Assembly (NCBI RefSeq): GCF_002113885.1
Contig: NW_018408798.1
Span: 338,282-394,804, forward strand
Reading direction: 5' to 3'
Length of the DNA stretch: 56,523 nucleotides
Source of the DNA: Mizuhopecten yessoensis
Lineage: Eukaryota
Part shown: in pieces, positions 49,029-56,523 of the stretch
Numbering within the stretch: the first letter of the stretch is position 1
Layout of the letters: every line of letters starts with the position of its first letter
Program-made: the position numbers and the translations under genes
The notes under the pieces: generated by a model
What the model saw: only the letters and a program-made list of their open reading frames with translations
The model's database searches: none
What the model was told of the DNA's origin: nothing

Positions 49029-49989
49029 TGTTGCTGTCGTTATACAATGAGGATGTTACTAGTATACAATAATATACCCACACACGTAAAGAGTACAAAC
49101 CAACACACTTAAGCTCTGGGCATGTGCAGAAGGATGTAAAACAAACTGTATGATCCAATACACCGCCAGAGCTTCTAGCCATTCATAGGCACACAACCTC
49201 CATTCATAGTTTGTTGTAGTGAGTGTAGACCACGCTGCTGTAACACCAGCGGATGTGATATACAAGGAAACGCTCGTGTTTTTATACAGAATACTTGTCT
49301 GACAAAGGATGTTATCATCATCAAAATCCGAGTTAGTTGTTGTATAATCAGTAACGGAGGTTTACTGGACAGATGTGTTAGATTTAGAGAAACTTGTCTA
49401 TGATGGTCGCACCAGTGTGAAATTTATAGTCTTACATTAAGTGTGCAGTGTTTATTGACATATTTGACAGCTAGATTAGCCAGGTCTGTTATGGGGTGGA
49501 TTTTTTAAGGACCGTTATGAAACACTCTAACTCAAGGGATTTATGTAAGCCAGACTTTTAAAAGGGACAGAGCTCGTTTGTCATACCTTGTGGTTGTATA
49601 AGAGTGGAGACAACATCTCTCAGGAGGGTCAATGTTTGGACCAGGAAATAATGATTCATTAATTTGGATTATTTTATGCAAAATTCTGTGAATTGTGAGA
49701 CACAGCATATTATTGTGAATGAGGAACATGTTGTTTGGAACAGGAAAGGAAACACATAATGTTTATGTAACGTGAATGACTATCGGAAGGAAATACAGTA
49801 ATTGTAGGAAAAACCGTCAATGATTGTGAGTGAAGAGCTTACACATAAACTCTACATTGACATCAGTAGCAGTAAAACTACACATGACATATGTGTCGTA
49901 CCACACAATAAGTGACTGCTGTGAAGACTGTATTTTAGGAGTGTTTTGATTTCTTGTTGAGATCCCTTTGGACTGTCAGAGTTCACATA

Positions 49990-50143
49990 ATGGTCCACAT
50001 GTCGTCCATGGTTGCTCTGGGTGTTAACATACCCTCGTTCCACGGAGGGGACCAGAAATGTCCCACCCACCATAGGATCCTGTCAGCAAATACTAGTGTA
50101 GGGGTCGGATCACCTCGATCCCCCGTCTGTCGGAGATGGCATT
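49990..50143 (+). CDS. Candidate alternative first coding exon of PDE4: MVHMSSMVALGVNIPSFHGGDQKCPTHHRILSANTSVGVGSPRSPVCRRWH(Y)
   Basis: A GC-richer island in an AT-rich intron: 51 codons plus T, then GTAAGT, then an abrupt drop to AT-rich sequence. Phase 1 matches exon 54572. Confidence 0.5.
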
Positions 50144-51311
50144 GTAAGTGTTACCAATTACATTATTGTATCAAGTTTGTTCAGATTTTTAAATATATTG
50201 TTACATTATATTGAATTCATGATCGGGCCATATTTTTACCAGAAAAATATGAAGAGTTATGTATGTTTTCTGTCTTTATATAATAAACAAAAATGTTTAC
50301 ATTGTTTTATCATTAAGACAGCACTTGGCAAACTGATGCAATCAAAATTTTGGAATTTTCAAAAAAGAAGTCTTTGCTTGTATCGAATTGCAATATGTAA
50401 TTGATAACAACTTCAGAATAAAGGTTCTTAATTGATCTAATGTTTTAAATTTCAAAAAACAAAAAAATAATTTTAAACTTTATTAAAATCTCCTGAAGTT
50501 TAAAGAAATCTGTAATAAGTGTTAAATTTAGACATAAGCTGATCATAAGAACCTTGTACTATAGAAAATTGTCCACAACAATTTTCTTTCCGAAACAAAT
50601 TTTTGGTGTTTTATTTCTATACTGTTTGTTATGTTATTTTCGTGTAAACCTGGCTTACGTCTTACCGATTTCTGGCGGGACTGGAATTTGTCTGACATTA
50701 ATGTGAAATGTTATTCTGCATTTGCATTGGCACAGCCATGTTTGTTTTGGCACCAGGCTGGATTCTAAAGCTGCATATTGTACATGGAAAGCCTCTCAAA
50801 CAAATTCCTTACTTGTATTCATTAGTGAAGAAGGCACCAAGGTGTTTCTATAAATACAGTACCCTGTAGACTCGGTTCCAAGGCATCGGCTAAAGTCAGG
50901 CTACCACCTCTGTTAGATAGCATTAGGGGGCTAAATTGTTTTTTCCTGTTTAGTGTAGGGAAATTAGCGTGAAATTACTTTCCTCAATGGCAGACCATCC
51001 TTAATGGCATACCTATACCGCAGGTAAGGGCTTGCAGTTGTTGTCATAGGAAAGGTCAGGAGAGGCTAAAGGTCATGAGTTCATGATTGTAGGAAGTAAA
51101 GGAAATCTAAGAAGAGATTAATTGCACTTAAAATAAAAATATGTTTTTGACAAGTAGAATGATGGAAAACAATGTAATGTTTACCTGTTGCTTTGGGGAC
51201 AGTTACTGAATGTATAAATCATCTCACAGCACTTCATGCAAGTGATGTACAGACTTGAGCTACTTAAAAGTTTGACATGTAGTGTTAATTTGTAAGCCTA
51301 CGTGGGAATGG

Positions 51312-51393
51312 TATACACTCCGTGGGACAGTGGTAAACTTTATGACTAGCTCTATACACTCCGTGGGACAGTGGTAAACTTTATGACTAGCTC
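51312..51393. repeat. Two-copy 41-bp tandem duplication
   Basis: tatacactccgtgggacagtggtaaactttatgactagctc at 51312 and 51353. Confidence 0.92.
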
Positions 51394-52234
51394 GAGTGCT
51401 GGTCGTACAAACAAAGCTTATCTTTGTAATAAGCATCTCAAGTCTTTGACTGACAAGTAAATTATATAAAATGAAAAACCTAAATCCTCTAGCCTTGAAA
51501 TGGGGCTATTTTTATCATTTTTCCATTTTGCTTTTAAGACCTTAATTGAAATCATCATGATGTATTTAGTGTTCTTGTTTCAAAAAAGAAATTTTTATTT
51601 GATGAAATTTATTTTTCGTATTTCAAGAAGTTGTGTTACCATGATTACATCTGGTTGCTATGACGACTTGAAGTTACAAACAGCAGAAACCAACTAATTC
51701 TAGCTGTAATGCATGCAGACATCATTTGATTTTGACAAGAGGATGTGAACAGAAAGCCTGTAAGCCCCTGTCTATCCTTTTCACCAACCTTCCACATTTT
51801 ACCTCTAAGCGTTTGAGAGTGGTCGAGTGTCTGGGAGATGATTTGACAGCGTCAGAGAGATAGCTAGCCGATTTCATTCAACGATATGTGTTTTCAACCA
51901 AGGCAAAATGCCAACATATTTCTACACTGAAAAAATAGGTTATCTTGGTATACATTAAAACTGCAGAATTTCACGTTTTTTTCTTTTTTTTCGCGCTTGC
52001 CAGCCGAAGAATCAATCTTCTTACATTCAGCTAATTTGCCATTAGTTTTTTTATTTAAGTTTGAAGTATTCTTCACTGTAACATCATGTTACAGAGGCTG
52101 TTATTTGAGATTGTATGTAGGATAATGGAGGTTTTGTACAATACAGAAGACTGCAGTGGTCGGTTCTAAACAGATGTTACTTTACAGCACTGTCGGCTCT
52201 ATAGCCAGCTGTACTGGACAGACATACAGGGAAT

Positions 52235-52442
52235 AAAGACAGTAAAACAGGTGGACATACAAGGGACAAAACAGATGAACAGACAGACATGGGACAAAAC
52301 AAATGGACAAAGGACAAAACAGGTGAACAGACAAGGGACAAAACAGATGAACAGACAGACATGGGACAAAACAGATGGACAGACAGATATACATATTGGA
52401 CAAAACAGATGGACAGACAGACACACACACATATTGGACATA
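52235..52442. repeat. Degenerate ggacaaaacagatg(a/g)acagacagac repeat
   Basis: Read directly; accounts for the ORFs at 52177-52631. Confidence 0.85.
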
Positions 52443-53018
52443 AGGCAGGATGAGTGAAGAAAACAGTTTAAAATATTTGGACAAGGCAGTTTTTTTATTG
52501 AGAAAATACTTGTAACACACAAATGACAAAAACATTTTAACAAATAGATACTGTAAGGGGGTCATTTTTGTGGTGTCAATATTTACCTCTTTGACTTGAA
52601 ATGCCTTTTTTAGTTTTTGCAAGTTGTTCATTTTTGCTTGTTCTCCTTATTGACTTTAACCTATCTTCACAAATTCAATAACTGTTTAATTTTTATTTTG
52701 GAATTTGTTAATCCTCAAATATTTGTAATTCATGATTTTGGCTTCATCTTTAGGCGTAAAAATCCCATAATTACTTCTTTTGCCCCCAATCCTGTGGCGT
52801 TCATGCCCATAATGGCAGTAATAAGTCTGTCAGCCAATAACATGTGCTTTTTATAGCCAATGGCTGATCTCTGATAGACATAAATACTAAATGTGGTCTG
52901 GGTTTATAATGGACAAGCACGGAAAATAATTCATGAAATTTTTTTGTGATTTTTTTTTTTTTTTTTTACCCCTCACTTGTACCGAATCCTAAACAAGAAC
53001 CAATTAAACCCCACACAG

Positions 53019-53087
53019 AAATCATCATCAGAGATGGAGGAACTGACCAGCAGATATTTAGAAAAATTGGCAGATTGATTGATAGTG
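53019..53087 (+). CDS. Candidate symmetric cassette exon (69 nt, or 90 nt from 52998): (E)IIIRDGGTDQQIFRKIGRLIDS
   Basis: Upstream poly-T tract, two in-phase acceptors (caag at 52997 and cacag at 53018), donor GTG|GTAAGC; phase 1-1 and open. Confidence 0.4.
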
Positions 53088-54571
53088 GTAAGCTCTGTCA
53101 ATATGATAAGTTAAAGTTTCACATTTGCTGGGTAAGCTAACCAGGCATAAACTGGTCGTAGTGTTAAGGTAATTTGTAGGTAAAACAACAAGTTGGCATT
53201 TTGGAGAGCGGATAATTACTCGGATAATTACTCGGCCCTCATAAGGCTTTTTCATGCCTCATATACTTCAGATTAGGTCGGGAGGGGTGTGGCCTTCCAA
53301 CCAATTAACAGGTGATCCTAAGGGGGTATACTCCGCTCCCTCAATGTCTTTTGTATCATTGGAGGTGTTGTGATGGGGAGGCATGTCTTATTTTGTCACA
53401 AAGTTCCTGTTTAAAGCTGTTCGCCCTTGGTTTGTCACAGATAGAATTTATGAGTCACCTTTTCTGCTTTACTTATAATAGTGCTGTGTTTTAACATTAG
53501 CTGATATCAAAACCGCAAATTTGCTTATTTTATGACATAACAAGTGACAGGAAAAATATTCATTTTAAACCTGCTCGTAAACCATCTCATGACTTGCAAA
53601 AAAAATTCAAATCATGACAATAAATCTACCTTCAAAATAAGACCATTCATTGTTTACTGAATGATCCGTTAATCTGCCGTACAAGTGTGAGTTACTTCAG
53701 CTGAATCATTGTACAGGAAAAAACAGCACCTTTCCAAACACAGGTAGACATATTTAATCTTATGAAATGTAGACACTTTTTAACGGTATCTATTTGCATT
53801 TTTGCATTGAATTCCATCACTATATACATTATATTCTGATGTAAATTTATTAGAAACAAGAATTTTAAGTGGCATTATTTCTCCTGATATAACGTTGTAT
53901 GCTAGATTTGTATAAGGTGACAAGTTTTGTGTTGAGAGGTGAAATATTTCGTCTGATACATTGCTATTGTCCTTGTGATGGATCAGTCATATAAATAAAC
54001 TTGACTCATTAACTTCAGACATATTGTTTCTAAATTGTTCCGTACCAGAAACATTCACATATATCCTTTTGTTGTCATTATTCTTGTGCCCGAAAATATC
54101 AATTTTATTACCTCTTTTATTGCATACCTGAATTCTTGTGTACAATTAGATGTACACCTTCCAATCACAACCAAGTCAATATATTTGCTTTCATTTTGAA
54201 CATTTTTTTTATTTCATAATTTTTTTATCTATTTTGATAAACACTAAATAATCAAATGTTTTCAGTTCCCAAGGAAGAAAATAGACTTTTTATTTGGCCT
54301 AAAATCAGAAACCCATGATGCCCACAATTATCGGGATTTACGTTAGCCTTCAGGAAGTGGGTTAATTTGTTTGTAATTACTAACACTGTACAAAGAAGAC
54401 AGGAAGTGTATTTCTAGGTAATTTTAAGGGTTGATCGTGAATTAGTGATGAAAGTGTTCCACTCCTTTTGTTTAGTAATATGTAGCTTCCTGTTGGGAGT
54501 GAGGCCAGGTAATTTGAGAAAAGGCTGCTTGGATTAATTGTTACATTTTTACAATGTTTTATTGTTTACAG

Positions 54572-54780
54572 ATAAACAACAGGAGCTTGATGTACCAACA
54601 TTTAAGGTAGAAGATCATAAGGATCAACCAATCAGAGAGGAGAAAGAGGAAACGCCAGAATCTGAACGAAGGCCGATGACAAAAATAACAGGTGTCCGCA
54701 AATTAAAGCACGCCAACAGTTTCACAGGAATCGTACCGAAGTTTGGTGTGGAAACAACACACCAAGAGGACCTCAGTCAA
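54572..54780 (+). CDS. PDE4: PDE4 exon, LR2 and start of catalytic unit: (D)KQQELDVPTFKVEDHKDQPIREEKEETPESERRPMTKITGVRKLKHANSFTGIVPKFGVETTHQEDLSQ
   Basis: DKQ.E and PM..I.GV.KL.H..S....P.FGV match PDE4. Acceptor gtttacag ends at 54571 and donor GTAAAT starts at 54781; 209 nt, phase 1 to 0, in frame with exon 24044-24137. Confidence 0.96.
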
Positions 54781-55100
54781 GTAAATGTTTTTTCAACATC
54801 TAGATTCTTTAACTCAAAGAGGCATAACTGAACTTAAAGAGGCATAACCTATACATATAGCTAACAGTCTTTGCTAACAGATAAGCTCTATATTAACAGA
54901 AAATCTGCAAGAGAATAATTGCTTACTTAATTCAAAATGTCAAACAGTTACAGTAGAGGTTCAATATAAATAGTATTCAACACCAATAAATAGCACCCAG
55001 TGATGAAAATTGTTGCCATGTTTTGTCATATTGCATATTTCATTTAGATTCCTGCTATAAAAACCATTGTAAATGATTAAATATGATTATTACTTTGCAG

Positions 55101-55199
55101 TGCCTTGAGAACATTAACATATGGGGTGCTGACCTTTTCAAAATATCTCAATTCTCCAACAAACAACCTCTTACCTGTGTAACCTATATGATATTCCAG
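55101..55199 (+). CDS. PDE4: PDE4 catalytic-domain exon: CLENINIWGADLFKISQFSNKQPLTCVTYMIFQ (absent from the ORF track)
   Basis: Translated by hand; matches the LE..N.WG...F......N.PLT.....IFQ pattern of PDE4. Acceptor tttgcag, donor CAG|GTGAGT; 99 nt, phase 0 to 0. Confidence 0.96.
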
Positions 55200-55328
55200 G
55201 TGAGTTTCAAAAAGTAGTTAGTATTCATATTTCAGTAAAAACAGTAATACACCAGCAATATGAAAACTAGGTTTAAGTATGACGGAATAATCAAATGATC
55301 TTGTTATATTTATATTAGTACATTAAAT

Positions 55329-55575
55329 ATCTTACTTTAGAGCGATGGACTGATCTTACTTTAGAGTGATGGGCTGATCTTACTTTAGATCTATGAACTG
55401 ATCTTACTTTAGAGTGATGGACTGATCTTACTTTAGATCTATGGACTGATCTTACTTTAGAGCGATGGACTGATCTAACTTTAGAGTGATGGACTGATCT
55501 TACTTTAGATCTATGGACTGATCTTACTTTAGAGCTATGGACTGATCGTACTTTAGATCTATGGACTGATCTTAC
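55329..55575. repeat. 24-bp minisatellite (gatcttactttagagcgatggact), about 10 copies, between two catalytic exons
   Basis: Units at 55331, 55355 and 55379. Confidence 0.96.
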
Positions 55576-55802
55576 ATTAAGCAGGTATGTTATCTGACAT
55601 GCCCCAACACTATCTTACCAATAAGTTGTCAGCAGAAGCACAGGTATATTACAACCTGAAACTAAACAGAAAATATACCTGGCGTATCAGGAATTATTGA
55701 ACGATGTGTTAATTACTCTTTTCTGCTCAGACTGTGAAAATAGCATCAACTTCAACCTATTATATATCACGTCGGTCTAACCAATTTTTTTTTTTTTTGC
55801 AG

Positions 55803-55967
55803 GAACGAAATTTAATGAAAACGTTTCAGATCCCCAACACAACTCTAGTCACATATTTAATGCATCTTGAGGATCATTACCACGCAGACGTACCCTACCA
55901 TAATTCCATGCATGCAGCAGATGTCGTACAATCCACACATGTTCTTCTCTCCTCACAGGCTCTCGAG
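55803..55967 (+). CDS. PDE4: PDE4 catalytic-domain exon: [55 protein letters not shown]
   Basis: Contains the class I PDE YHNxxHAADV metal-binding motif. Poly-T/gcag acceptor, donor GAG|GTAAGG; 165 nt, phase 0 to 0. Confidence 0.98.
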
Positions 55968-55987
55968 GTAAGGACATACAACGTTGG

Positions 55988-56523
55988 TTACCTGTTATTA
56001 TCTGTCACATTGAAGTGACAACAGTGATAACCTGTTATAGTCTGTCACATTGAAGTGACAACAGTGTTTACCTGTTATTATCTGTCACAGTGAAGTGACA
56101 ACAGTGTTTACCTGTTATTATCTGTCACAGTGAAGTGACAACAGTGTTTATATGTTATAGTTAGTCACATTTAAGTGACACTAGTGTTTACCTTTTATAG
56201 TTAGTCACATTGAAGTAACAACGTTAGTTACCTGTTATTATCTGTCACATTGAAGTGACAACAGTGTTTACCTTTTATAGTTAGTCACATTGAAGTAACA
56301 ACAGTGTTTATCTGTTATAGTTAGTCACATTGAAGTGACAACAGTGTTTATCTGTTATAGTTAGTCACATTGAAGTGACAACAGTGTTTACCTGTTATAG
56401 TTAATCACATTGAAGTGACAACAGTGATAACCTGTTATAGTCTGTCACATTGAAGTGACAACAGTGATTACCTGTTATAGTTAGTCACATTGAAGTGACA
56501 ACAGTGTTTACCTGTTATAGTTA
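55988..56523. repeat. 40-bp minisatellite (cctgttattatctgtcacattgaagtgacaacagtgttta), running off the window end
   Basis: Starts about 20 nt after the exon donor; contains the TGTCAC/GTGACA dyad. Confidence 0.97.

Overview
This is AT-rich eukaryotic genomic DNA, not prokaryotic. The repeat landscape suggests a mollusc, probably a bivalve (inference). The window holds the middle of a + strand PDE4/dunce-type cAMP phosphodiesterase gene. Six GT-AG exons join in frame: 8938-9059 (probable LR1 linker), 23731-23843 and 24044-24137 (UCR2), 54572-54780 (LR2 and start of the catalytic unit), and 55101-55199 and 55803-55967 (catalytic domain, [10 protein letters not shown]). I found no UCR1 exon or downstream catalytic exon in the window. 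By hand tally about 27 kb (roughly half) is tandem repeat, in about 30 different intronic arrays with 15-93 bp units; these arrays explain nearly all long ORFs in the track. No CRISPR array, rRNA or intact transposase was seen. Four signals stand out. (1) The 30.4-kb intron between UCR2 and the catalytic unit carries several phase-1-compatible candidate exons: three ATG-initiated alternative first exons, two of them just downstream of CRE/CCAAT/Inr-like motifs, and three symmetric cassettes. They would give UCR-less or LR2-variant isoforms. (2) A 51-bp VNTR has quadruplicated the UCR2 splice acceptor, and each decoy copy leads to an in-frame stop. (3) A perfect CRE plus AP-1 pair lies in the intron before UCR2. 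(4) The arrays record their own origins: shared CAGTCAAACC-type terminus motifs, a tRNA-like head with an amplified A box, a patch copied from one array into another, and two-strand CpG decay. All candidate exons are sequence-only predictions and need RNA evidence.
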